This document shows positions 18,382-28,064 of a stretch of 64,000 bases of DNA, in pieces (position 1 is the stretch's first letter; every line of letters begins with the position of its first letter). A program made the translations under genes and the position numbers. Source of the DNA: an uncultured Rhodobacteraceae bacterium (GTDB lineage: Bacteria; Pseudomonadota; Alphaproteobacteria; Rhodobacterales; Rhodobacteraceae); assembly GCA_947493335.1 (NCBI GenBank), contig CANLQO010000004.1, positions 156,531 through 220,530 on the forward strand, written 5' to 3'. The notes under the pieces were generated by a model. The model did not search any database. It was not told the DNA's origin and saw nothing but the letters and a program-made list of their open reading frames with translations.

Positions 18382-20096
18382 TGACACAAACGCGCACGGG
18401 ATGGGATTTGCCTGTGCGGGTTATGGTGTTGCTGACTTTGGCACTGTTGCCGCTGGGATATCTGGGTGTGATCCAGACGGGGGTCCTTGCCGAAACGTCC
18501 GAGGTCCGGCTGCGCCTGTCCCTGATCGCCGCAACAGAGGCGGTGACACAGGGCGAAACCCAAATGCTGGAACGTGCCTTGGGCGCTGCAGAGTCCCTGT
18601 CGGGACCGGCCGGACAGCTGGCGGATGACCCCGCAACATGTTCGGCGGCCATGATCCGGTTTTTACGCCATCACCCGACCTATAGCTTTGCCGGTTTTTT
18701 GGAGATCAGCGGGCGGATGCGCTGTGGCACGGTCAGCGAAGATCTTGATTTCTCGCTTGATCCGGGGCTGGCGTCTTTGCAGGCCGCACCTGTCGTCGCG
18801 ATCAGGCCCGAGCCGAATTCTATCGTCGATCAGAGCCCGGTCGCGATGGTATTTGCGCCAGTGCACGGCGCCGACGACACCCTGATCGGCCATATTGTCC
18901 TGTCGATCCCTGCCAAGACCTTGGCCGGGAGCCGCGACATGGAGAATGCGCAGGCCCCGCTTGGCATGGCGATATACACGCGAGAGGGGCGCATTTTGCA
19001 GGTGCAGGGACGCGCGCCAGATATTGGCGCTTTGCAAAGTCTGGGCGACCTCTGGGCACTGGAGGCCGCGGCGACACAGGATGTGATCGACGGCGACGGC
19101 GTGCACCGGATTGCTGTGGTTCTACCGATGATCCCCGGACAGGTGCACGCAGTAGCCTTGTGGCCACGAGCAGAGGCAGAGCCAACATTGCTGGGCTTTG
19201 CGCTGCCTGCGCGCCTGTTTCCGGTGTTGATGTGGTTGGCCAGTCTGGCGGTGGCCTATCTGGCGATCCATCGTCTGGTGGTGCGGCACATCCAGCGGCT
19301 GGACGGCCAGATGGCCCAATTCGGCCGCCATCGTAAAATTTTCAAACCACAGGATGACCCGGCAATCCCCGCTGAAATCCGCGCGCTGGAGGCAACGTTT
19401 CAGGGCATGGCGCTGGATCTGATCAGCGAAGAAGCCCGGATGGAGGATGCGCTGCGGGAAAAGAACATCCTGATCAAAGAGGTCCATCATCGGGTCAAGA
19501 ATAATCTTCAACTGATCTCGTCCATCATGAACCTGCAGTTGCGGGACATCGAAAACCCCGAGACACGGACGATCCTGCGGCGGTTGCAGGACAGAGTGCG
19601 GGGATTGGCGACGGTCTACGGCTATCTCTATCAGACCGACCGGGTTGAGCGGACAAGTGCGGCGCAGCTTCTGGAGGACGTTTTCGGGCAAGTGCTTGAC
19701 CCGGACACGCTGCCGAAGATCGGCATCGAGATCGAACAGCATTTTGATGACGCTGCGCTGACCGCAGATCAGGCCGTGCCTCTGGCGCTGCTGGCCAGCG
19801 AATTGGCGGCCAATGCGCTGACAACCGTTTTGACCGCCCCGGATGAGGCGCACCGGATCGCGCTGCGGTTTGAGCATCTTCCGGGACGACGCGCGCGGCT
19901 CGCGTGTCGCAACTCATTGCCCCGTTCCGCCTCGGATCAGCCCCCTGAAGGCGAGGGCGGGCTTGGCAGCAAACTGGTGCAGGCCTTTGCCCAACAGTTG
20001 AATGCCACACCACACACCGACATTCAGGACGGGCAATTCAACGTGACAATCACCTTTGATTTGCAGGATTTCGAATTCGAAGACCGGAGCTATTGA
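18381..20096 (+). CDS. HisKA_2-type sensor histidine kinase (PhyK-like GSR kinase)
   Basis: ATG overlaps the ecfG stop (TGATG). Two TM segments flank a periplasmic domain of about 250 aa. H-box EVHHRVKNNLQLISSIMNLQ is typical of HisKA_2/HWE kinases. Confidence 0.8.
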   Translation: MTQTRTGWDLPVRVMVLLTLALLPLGYLGVIQTGVLAETSEVRLRLSLIAATEAVTQGETQMLERALGAAESLSGPAGQLADDPATCSAAMIRFLRHHPTYSFAGFLEISGRMRCGTVSEDLDFSLDPGLASLQAAPVVAIRPEPNSIVDQSPVAMVFAPVHGADDTLIGHIVLSIPAKTLAGSRDMENAQAPLGMAIYTREGRILQVQGRAPDIGALQSLGDLWALEAAATQDVIDGDGVHRIAVVLPMIPGQVHAVALWPRAEAEPTLLGFALPARLFPVLMWLASLAVAYLAIHRLVVRHIQRLDGQMAQFGRHRKIFKPQDDPAIPAEIRALEATFQGMALDLISEEARMEDALREKNILIKEVHHRVKNNLQLISSIMNLQLRDIENPETRTILRRLQDRVRGLATVYGYLYQTDRVERTSAAQLLEDVFGQVLDPDTLPKIGIEIEQHFDDAALTADQAVPLALLASELAANALTTVLTAPDEAHRIALRFEHLPGRRARLACRNSLPRSASDQPPEGEGGLGSKLVQAFAQQLNATPHTDIQDGQFNVTITFDLQDFEFEDRSY

Positions 20097-20138
20097 GGCA
20101 AGTTTCCGCCGACGTCAACACACGGACCCAATCATGAT

Positions 20139-20163
20139 GGAACCGGACCCGCACGGGCGTGTT
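20139..20163 (+). promoter_or_regulatory. Weak EcfG-like motif upstream of a small membrane-peptide ORF
   Basis: GGAAC (20139-20143), 16-nt spacer, TGTT (20160-20163). The -10 element deviates from CGTT. Confidence 0.3.
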
Positions 20164-20192
20164 GTACCTGCGTGAAACACGGGGTGATTGTT

Positions 20193-20312
20193 ATGTCAAA
20201 TGTTGCAAATCTTATCGCAATTGCAGGGCTGATCCTAGCTGCGGCGGCCATCTTTCTGCTGACCCGAAGTGAACGCAAGGCGCGCAGGCCACATAATCAG
20301 ACCAAATCATAA
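20193..20312 (+). CDS. Small single-TM membrane peptide (39 aa)
   Basis: Not in the ORF track. GGGGTGA lies upstream of ATG 20193. Product is MSNVANLIAIAGLILAAAAIFLLTRSERKARRPHNQTKS. A strong hairpin follows. Confidence 0.45.
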   Translation: MSNVANLIAIAGLILAAAAIFLLTRSERKARRPHNQTKS

Positions 20313-20319
20313 GCCCAAT

Positions 20320-20352
20320 AAAAAAGGCCCGCCAAGCTGGCGGGCCCTCGTT
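20320..20352. terminator. Bidirectional terminator (small ORF / mscL)
   Basis: GGCCCGCCA / TGGCGGGCC 9-bp stem flanked by AAAAAA upstream. That run reads as a U-run for minus-strand mscL. Confidence 0.8.
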
Positions 20353-20368
20353 TCGTTACCATGATGGC

Positions 20369-20749
20369 TTACTTGGCCAGCGAGTCGCGGATTTCCTTGA
20401 GGATATCCAGCTCTGACGGGCCGGGGTCTTCGGCAGGTGCTTCTTCTGCCGGGCTTTCCGCAGCCGCTTTGACCTTGTTGACATAGCGCACAAGCATGAA
20501 CACCACGAAGGCGATGATCAGGAAGTTGATGATCGCCATGATGAAGTTACCGTAGGTGAACGTCGCTTCGCCCACAGTCGCCGTCAGGCCGCCAAAATCG
20601 ACGCCGCCCATGAAGACGCCGATGATCGGGTTGATCAGATCCTCGACCAGTGATGTGACGATGGCGGTAAAGGCCGCACCGATGATGATACCAACGGCCA
20701 TGTCCATGACATTGCCCTTGGCGATGAAGTCCTTGAATTCAGAAAGCAT
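20369..20749 (-). CDS. mscL: Large-conductance mechanosensitive channel
   Basis: [44 protein letters not shown] is canonical MscL. Confidence 0.95.
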   Translation of the reverse strand: MLSEFKDFIAKGNVMDMAVGIIIGAAFTAIVTSLVEDLINPIIGVFMGGVDFGGLTATVGEATFTYGNFIMAIINFLIIAFVVFMLVRYVNKVKAAAESPAEEAPAEDPGPSELDILKEIRDSLAK

Positions 20750-20906
20750 AGTGTCCCCAGTTCCCTTGTTTGTTGTTGCGCGCAGGATGGTTCTGCGCGG
20801 GCGTGCACAGTCCTATCGCATTTCGTTAACAAACCAAGGGGTTTTATTCGGTTGGTTTTCCCCCCACCTTGGAACATCTGCTTTTCATGCAAAGGATGCG
20901 TTCCGA

Positions 20907-21605
20907 ATGACCGATCTTTCCAACTTTCCGATCACCGCCCGTTGGCCCGCCAAGGACCCTTCGGTGATCCAGTTGTATTCCTTCCCGACGCCAAACGGCG
21001 TCAAGGTCTCTATCGCCCTTGAGGAGATGGAACTACCGTATGAGCCACATCTGGTCACGCTGGCCGATGCGGACGTAAAAAGCGACGCGTTCCTGTCGCT
21101 GAACCCCAACAACAAAATCCCCGCCATCATTGACCCCAATGGTCCCGACGGGCCACTGACGCTGTTCGAAAGCGGCGCGATCCTGCTGTATCTGGCTGAA
21201 AAGTCTGGCAAATTCATCGGCAAGACAGCAAATGAGAAGGCCCACATCACGCAATGGCTGATGTTCCAGATGGGCGGTATTGGCCCAATGTTGGGGCAGT
21301 TGGGCTTTTTCTACAAATTCGCGGGCAAGGACATCGAAGATCCGCGCCCACGCGAACGCTATGTTGGTGAAGCCAAGCGCCTGCTGGCGGTTGTTGAAAA
21401 GCAACTTGAAGGGCAGGACTGGATCGCAGGCGATTATTCGATCGCCGATATGGCGATTGCGCCGTGGTTGAATGCGCTGGAGTTCTACGGCGCGAAGGAA
21501 ATCACAGGTTACAACAATCTGAAAAATGTGCCGGCGTATGTAGAGCGGTTTATGGCGCGCCCGGCTGTGGACAAGGCACGGAACATACCGGCCCGTCCCG
21601 CATAA
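20907..21605 (+). CDS. Glutathione S-transferase (YghU/Nu-class-like)
   Basis: Start trimmed to ATG 20907, because the ORF-track N-terminus is antisense to mscL. FPTPNGVKVSIALEE...NPNNKIPAIIDP...LFESGAILLYLAEK is a thioredoxin-like GST N-domain. Confidence 0.9.
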   Translation: MTDLSNFPITARWPAKDPSVIQLYSFPTPNGVKVSIALEEMELPYEPHLVTLADADVKSDAFLSLNPNNKIPAIIDPNGPDGPLTLFESGAILLYLAEKSGKFIGKTANEKAHITQWLMFQMGGIGPMLGQLGFFYKFAGKDIEDPRPRERYVGEAKRLLAVVEKQLEGQDWIAGDYSIADMAIAPWLNALEFYGAKEITGYNNLKNVPAYVERFMARPAVDKARNIPARPA

Positions 21606-21622
21606 CCTGGTCCGACCCCGGG

Positions 21623-22069
21623 CTAAGGCAGCTTGCCCGACAGCACGTAGGTCAGGATGTGCACAACTTGCTGCGGCGTTTCCACAACGGCTAACGCCGC
21701 GGCATCCACCTCTTTCAGCGCGTGCTGATGGTCTGCGCCGTGCATGACGATCAGCGACTTGCCAAGCGCGGCGGCATAGCCTGCGTCAAAGGCCGCGTTC
21801 CATTGCTTGTATTTCTCACCAAAGCGGACAACGACGATATCGGCCTTCTCAATCCCGTGGCGGGTGCGGATGGCATTGAGCCGCGCGCCTTTGTTGTCAT
21901 GCCAGAACTTGTCGGGTTCTGCGCCCATGATCGTGACACCACAGTCGTCCGAGGCATCGTGGTCCGTGACGGGCGCGTCAAAGGTCACATCCAGCCCGGC
22001 CGCTCCGGCGGTGATCTGGTCGCGCCAGTCGGTGTGGATTTCGCCGGACAAATAGATGCGCAAGGTCAT
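21623..22069 (-). CDS. YtoQ family protein (nucleoside 2-deoxyribosyltransferase-like fold)
   Basis: IYLSGEIHTDWR and RFGEKYKQWNAAFDAGYA match B. subtilis YtoQ as I remember it. Confidence 0.8.
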   Translation of the reverse strand: MTLRIYLSGEIHTDWRDQITAGAAGLDVTFDAPVTDHDASDDCGVTIMGAEPDKFWHDNKGARLNAIRTRHGIEKADIVVVRFGEKYKQWNAAFDAGYAAALGKSLIVMHGADHQHALKEVDAAALAVVETPQQVVHILTYVLSGKLP

Positions 22070-22084
22070 GGGTGTTCCCTTTCG

Positions 22085-22516
22085 TTACAGTTGAAAGGCC
22101 ATGTAGACCTTGTTGCCGTCTTGCCCAGCCTCTTGCCAGCCGAGGCGGGCATAAAAGGCGCGCGTGGCGGCCATGTCTTTATGCGTGGTCAGGTGGATTT
22201 TGCTGTGACCCGCGTGCCGTGCGGAGTCCGTCGCGAGGTCTACCAGCTTGCGACCCAGCCCTTGCCCCTTGATGGTCGGATCAACGGCAAGGTTGGCGAT
22301 TTTGGGCGGGTCCGAAAGGATCACAACGATGCCCCCGACGACTTTGCCGTCAAGTTCCGCGACCCAGACCGCATGATCGCGGATATCTTCGTCCAACCCC
22401 TCCGCAACAGGCGGCAGGTCAAGATCGGCAAAGTCCGCATAGGCCGCCGTCACAACCTGACCAAGGCCCTGCGCATCAGAGGGCACCGCCCGGCGCAGGA
22501 TCAGCGGATCAGCCAC
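22085..22516 (-). CDS. GNAT family N-acetyltransferase
   Basis: 143-aa ORF. Acetyl-CoA motif IKGQGLGRKLV. It overlaps the pheT stop by 8 nt. Confidence 0.85.
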   Translation of the reverse strand: MADPLILRRAVPSDAQGLGQVVTAAYADFADLDLPPVAEGLDEDIRDHAVWVAELDGKVVGGIVVILSDPPKIANLAVDPTIKGQGLGRKLVDLATDSARHAGHSKIHLTTHKDMAATRAFYARLGWQEAGQDGNKVYMAFQL

Positions 22517-24905
22517 GCAGAACCCCGCCGGTGGCCTTTGTCACCTTCTCGACGATCTTGGCGCCCACCGCGGCGATATCATCGTCCTTGAGCGTGGCAT
22601 CGGAGGGCTGCATCCGCACCGTAATGGCGAGCGATTTCTTGCCCTCGCCCAGACTGCCGCCGATGAATTCGTCGAAGACGCGCACATCGGTAATCAGAGC
22701 CTTGTCGGCCCCGGCGGCGGCATTCACCAGCGTCAGCGCCTCAACGCCGGCATCAACGACAAAGGCAAAGTCACGCTCTACCGCTTGCAGGTCATTGATG
22801 CGGGCTGCACCTTTGTTGGTGGTGCGGTTCTTGGGCTGCGGGATTTCATCAGGCCAGAGGGTAAAGCCCATGGCGGGGCCTTTCACATCCATCTCGCGCA
22901 GGATTTTCGGGTGAATCTCACCAAAGACGCCCAGCACCTTTTTCGGCCCCAGACAGATCATGCCGTGACGCCCCGGGTGCCACCAATCAGCCGCACCGCG
23001 CAGGATTTGTACCTTGGCGGGCGCGCCCATGGCAGAAAGGACCGCCTCTGCGTCGGCCTTGGCGTCAAAGACGTCAACCGGACGAGAGGCGCCAAGCACG
23101 TCCTTCGGACCGGTGCGGCCAATCAGAAGGCCCGTAACAAGCGTGTGCTGCTCACCCGGTTCACCGCCGTGGAAAGCATCACCCACTTCAAACAGCGCCA
23201 TGTCCATGAAACCGCGTGCCTGATTGCGGGCGGCAGCTTGCAAAAGGCCCGGCAGCAGAGCGGGGCGCATATGGCTCATCTCGCTCGAGATCGGGTTGTC
23301 CAGCATGGTGGCATCGTCACCACCTTTGAACAATGCGGCGGTCTTCTGATCGATGAAGCTGTAGGTCACGCATTCATTGTAGCCCAGCGCCGCAGCCGTG
23401 CGCCGCGCGGTGCGGGCGCGGGACTGACCGGGGGTCAGGATGGGTTTGGGGACACCGGAATTGACGCGCGGCAGAGGCGTGCCTTCCAGCTTGGTCAATG
23501 AGGCGATGCGGGCGACTTCTTCGACCAGATCGGCCTCTCCCTGCACGTCGGGCCGCCAGGACGGCACATGGGCCATGTCACCTTCGAGCCGAAAGCCGAG
23601 GGCTGTCAGGGTTTGGCGCTGGGTTGCTTCGGGAATGTCCATGCCGACGAGGCTGATCACCCGCTTGGCGTCCAGTTTGTAGGCGCGCGCGGTGTCGGGC
23701 ACCTTGCCTGCCTGAATGAAATTCGAAGCCTCACCCCCGGCATATTCGAGGATCATCGCTACGGCATGATCGACGCCTTCGGGTGTGAAAGCCGGGTCGA
23801 CGCCACGCTCAAACCGGTAGCGGGCATCAGAGTTGATCTTGAGGGCACGGCCCGCATAAGCGATCTGCACAGGGTCCCAATAGGCGCTTTCGACAAAGAC
23901 GTTGACCGTTTCGGGGGTGCAGCCCGTTTCGGCCCCGCCCATGATGCCAGCGATGCTTTCGGGTCCATTCTCATCGGAAATGACCATCTGTCCCGCCTGC
24001 AGGGAGTAGGTCTTGTCATCAAGCGCCACGATCTCCTCACCACCTGCGGCGCGGTGAACGCGCAGGTTGCCGGAGACCTTGTCTGCGTCAAAGACGTGCA
24101 GCGGGCGGTTAAGGTCGTAGGTGAAGAAATTCGTCACATCCACAAGAAAGGAAATCGGGCGCAGGCCAATTGCGCGCAGCCGATCCTGCAGCCACTGCGG
24201 GCTGGGGCCGTTTTGCACGCCCTTGATCAGGCGACCGCAGAAGACAGGGCAACCGTCCAGCGTGTTGTCATCAATGCTGACTGTCAGGTCGGACTGAAAA
24301 CCGCTTTCGACTGCGGGGCTGGCGAGAGGTTTCAGCGTGCCAAGACCGCGCGCGGCGAGGTCACGGGCAATGCCGCGCACGCCAAGCGCGTCCGGGCGAT
24401 TGGGGGTGATTGCGATCTCAATCACCGGATCAACCTTGGCGGGGTCGTTCTGCGCCAACCAATCGGTGAAGGACTGCCCGACTTCGCCCGATGGCAATTC
24501 AATGATGCCGTCGTGTTCGTCTGACAGCTCCATCTCGCGTTCTGACGCCATCATGCCGTAGCTTTCGATGCCGCGGATTTTGCCAACACCGATGGTGGTG
24601 TCGATGCCGGGGACATAAACGCCGGGCTTGGCGACAACAACGGTGATGCCTTCGCGGGCATTGGGCGCACCACAGATGATCTGCAATTCACCCTCATCAG
24701 TGTTGACCTTGCAGACCCGCAGTTTGTCGGCATCGGGGTGCTTTTCGGCGTGCGTGACATAGCCGAGCGTGAAGTCGCGCAGCTTTTCGGCCAGGTTTTC
24801 AATGCCTTCCACCTCAAGCCCCAGATCGGTCAAGGCTTCGGCGATGGCGTCGACATCCGCGTCCGTATCAAGGTGCGATTTCAGCCAGGAGAGAGTGAAT
24901 TTCAT
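22509..24905 (-). CDS. pheT: Phenylalanine--tRNA ligase beta subunit
   Basis: Start trimmed to ATG 24905 (MKFTLSWLKSHLDTDA). 798 aa with tRNA-binding, B3/4, B5 and anticodon-binding-like regions. Confidence 0.95.
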   Translation of the reverse strand: MKFTLSWLKSHLDTDADVDAIAEALTDLGLEVEGIENLAEKLRDFTLGYVTHAEKHPDADKLRVCKVNTDEGELQIICGAPNAREGITVVVAKPGVYVPGIDTTIGVGKIRGIESYGMMASEREMELSDEHDGIIELPSGEVGQSFTDWLAQNDPAKVDPVIEIAITPNRPDALGVRGIARDLAARGLGTLKPLASPAVESGFQSDLTVSIDDNTLDGCPVFCGRLIKGVQNGPSPQWLQDRLRAIGLRPISFLVDVTNFFTYDLNRPLHVFDADKVSGNLRVHRAAGGEEIVALDDKTYSLQAGQMVISDENGPESIAGIMGGAETGCTPETVNVFVESAYWDPVQIAYAGRALKINSDARYRFERGVDPAFTPEGVDHAVAMILEYAGGEASNFIQAGKVPDTARAYKLDAKRVISLVGMDIPEATQRQTLTALGFRLEGDMAHVPSWRPDVQGEADLVEEVARIASLTKLEGTPLPRVNSGVPKPILTPGQSRARTARRTAAALGYNECVTYSFIDQKTAALFKGGDDATMLDNPISSEMSHMRPALLPGLLQAAARNQARGFMDMALFEVGDAFHGGEPGEQHTLVTGLLIGRTGPKDVLGASRPVDVFDAKADAEAVLSAMGAPAKVQILRGAADWWHPGRHGMICLGPKKVLGVFGEIHPKILREMDVKGPAMGFTLWPDEIPQPKNRTTNKGAARINDLQAVERDFAFVVDAGVEALTLVNAAAGADKALITDVRVFDEFIGGSLGEGKKSLAITVRMQPSDATLKDDDIAAVGAKIVEKVTKATGGVLRG

Positions 24906-25031
24906 GGGACGTATCCGGTCAATCTTTGGTTGGCGCGTTCTTAGCGCAAGTCTGGCCGGTGCGAAAGCCAAAGGGCTTAACCCGGTCTTTACCACGACAG
25001 CCTATTTGAGAGGCCAACTGGAGGACCCGCC

Positions 25032-25295
25032 ATGCAGCTTTCCGGCCGCAGCTATATCTTTGTTGCCGCAACGCTTTTGCTGTTGGCGGGCGCGTTGAAG
25101 TTCTACGATGACTACGCTCAAACCCCTGCCGGACAGGCGCGGGTCTATGCAGTGAAAACAGCTTTTTGCGACTGGGCCTCGGTCGACGCGATCAACCTGC
25201 GGATTGGCTGCCAGTCGAGCCTGATTTCAGCGCCAAGCGGCGGCGCGGCGATCCTGGCCGGTGGCGGTGGCAGCACGCTACGGATGGGGGAGTAA
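25032..25295 (+). CDS. Hypothetical small protein (87 aa, one TM)
   Basis: ORF with a hydrophobic N-terminus. Coding status uncertain. Confidence 0.35.
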   Translation: MQLSGRSYIFVAATLLLLAGALKFYDDYAQTPAGQARVYAVKTAFCDWASVDAINLRIGCQSSLISAPSGGAAILAGGGGSTLRMGE

Positions 25296-25403
25296 CTGTC
25301 CCGCACTCAACGTTTTTTCGCCAAATATCGCAAATTTGCCCGGCATCGGCAGCGTAGGAATGATGTGAATGCGTTGGTCGGCAAAGACCATTCGGTCAGG
25401 GCG

Positions 25404-25595
25404 TTAGTCCCGCCGTTTAAGTGCTGCCCATTTCGCGACACCATACGCAGGCAGAATGACAACCGCCCAACCCAATGCGTTGATGAGTGTGAGCTTCAGT
25501 GCAAGCTCGCGTGGCATATCAGAAGTCCACATTGCGATGTGACCAAGCACGACGGCCAGAATGAGGATCGTTATGGCGACGCGTTGCAGGGTCAT
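25404..25595 (-). CDS. Small two-TM membrane protein (63 aa)
   Basis: MTLQRVAITILILAVVLGHIAMW...LINALGWAVVILPAYGVAKW. It sits between pheS and pheT on the same strand. Confidence 0.5.
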   Translation of the reverse strand: MTLQRVAITILILAVVLGHIAMWTSDMPRELALKLTLINALGWAVVILPAYGVAKWAALKRRD

Positions 25596-25655
25596 GTCGT
25601 CAACCTAGCGCCGGACGCGCGACCAGCGCAATACTGCGGCCGCCACAAGACGCCC

Positions 25656-26729
25656 TTAGCACGACAGACCACCGTGCAGCGTTGGCACGTCCAGTGCAGC
25701 AAAACCGTAGTGCCGCAGCCAGCGCAGGTCGGAATCGAAGAAGGCGCGCAGGTCGGGGATGCCGTATTTCAGCATCGCGATCCGGTCGATGCCCATGCCA
25801 AAGGCAAAGCCCTGCCACTCTGCGGGATCAATACCACCGGCCTGCAGGACCTTGGGATGCACCATGCCGGACCCGAGGATTTCAAGCCAATCATCGCCCT
25901 CGCCGACTTTCAACGTGCCGCCTTCCCAAGAACAGCGGATGTCGACCTCTGCCGAGGGTTCGGTGAAGGGAAAGTGCGAAGCGCGGAAGCGGATATCGAC
26001 GTTGTCGACTTCAAAATAGGACTTCACGAACTCTTCCAGCACCCATTTGAGGTTCGCCATTGAGATATCGCGGTCAATCGCCAGCCCTTCGACCTGATGG
26101 AACATCGGGGTGTGGGTCTGGTCATAGTCGGCGCGGTACACACGGCCCGGGCAAATGATCCGTGTTGGTGCACCGGTTTTTTCCATCGAACGGATCTGCA
26201 CCGGGCTTGTGTGCGTGCGCAGCACGTGCGGCGGTCGGTTATCGCCCTCAGCCCGGTGGGTGTAGAACGTGTCCATCTCGGCCCGTGAAGGATGGTGGCC
26301 GGGGATATTCAGCGCATCGAAGTTGTACCAATCGCTTTCGATCTGCGGGCCCTCTGCCACGCTGAACCCCATGTCCGCAAAGATCGCGGTCACTTCTTCG
26401 GTGACCTGGCTGATCGGGTGGATCGTGCCCGCGGGGCGGACCCGGCTGGGAAGCGTCACATCAAGCCATTCGTCGCGCAGGCGCGCATCAAGGGCAGCAT
26501 CTGCAAGCGCGGATTTCTTAGCAACAAGGGCGCTGTTGATCTCATCCTTCAGGGCATTCAACGCAGGCCCAGCAACCTGACGCTCCTCGGGCGTCATTTT
26601 GCCCAGCTCACGCATCTGCAAGCTGATCTCACCCTTTTTGCCCAAGGCGGCAACACGCAGGTCTTCCAACGCGGCCTCATCCCCGGCTTTGCCAATCAGG
26701 TCCAGATACTTTGCTTTCAGATCGTCCAT
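25656..26729 (-). CDS. pheS: Phenylalanine--tRNA ligase alpha subunit
   Basis: Start trimmed to ATG 26729 ([12 protein letters not shown]). Class II motifs ([46 protein letters not shown]). Confidence 0.95.
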   Translation of the reverse strand: MDDLKAKYLDLIGKAGDEAALEDLRVAALGKKGEISLQMRELGKMTPEERQVAGPALNALKDEINSALVAKKSALADAALDARLRDEWLDVTLPSRVRPAGTIHPISQVTEEVTAIFADMGFSVAEGPQIESDWYNFDALNIPGHHPSRAEMDTFYTHRAEGDNRPPHVLRTHTSPVQIRSMEKTGAPTRIICPGRVYRADYDQTHTPMFHQVEGLAIDRDISMANLKWVLEEFVKSYFEVDNVDIRFRASHFPFTEPSAEVDIRCSWEGGTLKVGEGDDWLEILGSGMVHPKVLQAGGIDPAEWQGFAFGMGIDRIAMLKYGIPDLRAFFDSDLRWLRHYGFAALDVPTLHGGLSC

Positions 26730-26869
26730 AACGCGCCCTTTAGTGCCTGAACGCTCTGCTACCGCGCCCCGAAGGGCCATGCAAGCCGCAGAGCGGCGAA
26801 GCCTCGCAAAGCATACAGATTTGGCTTGATACCTTAAGAAACCGGCGCCTGTGGATCATATGCCCCGAC

Positions 26870-27079
26870 ATGCAACAAGAGAAACACTCCTGGCATTGGG
26901 ATGCCGCCGGGTCTGACCTGCAGAACATCGGGCTGAGGCGATCAACGCCATTCTGGCGGCCGAAGGGTTTGATGCGTCCCGGATCGAACCGCTTAGGTTT
27001 GGCGCACGTAAGCTGCTGGATATCTCTGACACACCAGAACGGGATGGGTTATGCGCGCGCGGAGCTTTCCTTCTGGTGA
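26870..27079 (+). pseudogene. Remnant of an OmpA/MotB C-terminal-like (peptidoglycan-binding) domain, 5' truncated and frameshifted
   Basis: One frame gives WHWDAAGSDLQNIGL (compare OmpA TDRIGSDAYNQGL). A second frame (26920-27045) gives AEHRAEAINAILAAEGFDASRIEPLRFGARK (compare [28 protein letters not shown]). The first frame resumes with ARAELSFW-stop. The best-matching frame has no usable start. Confidence 0.35.
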
Positions 27080-27241
27080 CAGAAGATTTGGAGACCGCGG
27101 GTTCTAAACCCCTGCACCAATTGCGATTTTGGACCCTGTCGCATCGAAAACGACACCGCCATGTGACCGGCAAATCGTTGCTATCCATTTGGTCAGACCC
27201 CGCAAGCAGCTTTGCGGATAACCAGTTTGAAAGGGACGAAC

Positions 27242-28045
27242 ATGAAACGGATCATTATTGCATTGGCTGGCTGTGTTGCACTGAGCGCCTGCGGTGGCGG
27301 CGGTGGCGGTGGCGGCACCACGATACAAACGGCCACATTTTCCCCGGTCGAGGCCTATAGCGGCGACACCCAGGGCGAACTTGAGCTCAACAGTGCGGGC
27401 GACCGCATCAAAGTGGACATCGACGGTGTGACCGCGACGTTGACCGCGGGTTCCATCACGTCTGCCGGGACATTCGTGGGCGGGCAGCAAACCGGCACCG
27501 AGCAGATCACGGCATTTGTCAGCGAAACCGCGAATTCGCGGGCTGGAGTTGCCCATATTCGCGATGGTTCTGACCCGCAGAACCTGTCGTCGCAATTTGC
27601 CCGCCTGACCAAGACCGAAGTGCCGACGACCGGCACCGCAACGGTTTCCGGTGATTACGTTGGCTTGCTGACCTACAATAACCGTGCCATCGGCCGTATG
27701 ACCGGTGAGGCACGCATGGTCGCAAACTTCGGGAGCGAGACAGTGCGCGGTCGGATCACAGACCGGAAGTATGGCAGCGTGACGACGGGCGATGCATTCA
27801 GCACCGTGTCGGTCAACGATATTGTGCTGGAGGAAACCGGCTTTAACAAGAATGGCCGCTTCAACGGCGACATCACAGGTGGCGCGTTCTCGACCTCAAC
27901 GATCACGGGAACATCGAACGGCGGCAGCTTTGCCGGTGTCATCGCTGGACGGACCGGCGACGAGATTGTCGGTGGCGTGCGGGTGAACACCACCTACGGC
28001 AGCCGCGACTTTGTCGAACAAGGTGCTTTTGCTGCCGGTCAGTGA
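27242..28045 (+). CDS. Lipoprotein with TbpB-like (transferrin-binding protein B type) C-terminal beta-barrel
   Basis: Start trimmed to ATG 27242. Lipobox ALSAC is followed by a Gly8 linker. The C-terminal pattern TATVSGDYVG...GEARMVANFG...GSFAGVIAG...EIVGGVRV...QGAFAAGQ resembles the TbpB/fHbp-type barrel. Confidence 0.7.
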   Translation: MKRIIIALAGCVALSACGGGGGGGGTTIQTATFSPVEAYSGDTQGELELNSAGDRIKVDIDGVTATLTAGSITSAGTFVGGQQTGTEQITAFVSETANSRAGVAHIRDGSDPQNLSSQFARLTKTEVPTTGTATVSGDYVGLLTYNNRAIGRMTGEARMVANFGSETVRGRITDRKYGSVTTGDAFSTVSVNDIVLEETGFNKNGRFNGDITGGAFSTSTITGTSNGGSFAGVIAGRTGDEIVGGVRVNTTYGSRDFVEQGAFAAGQ

Positions 28046-28064
28046 CGATCACGGACAGCGAGCA

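Noticed and set aside
20871-20902. GGAAC ... CGTT upstream of the GST gene.
   Set aside because: The spacer is 23 nt, incompatible with the 16-17 nt EcfG promoter geometry. The CGTT lies 5 nt from the start codon.
27090-27120. tRNA 3'-end-like string GCGGGTTCTAAACCCCTGCACCA, a possible att-site remnant.
   Set aside because: The T-stem has only 3 bp. Too few nucleotides lie between the stem and the CCA for an acceptor arm. No integrase or island is nearby.
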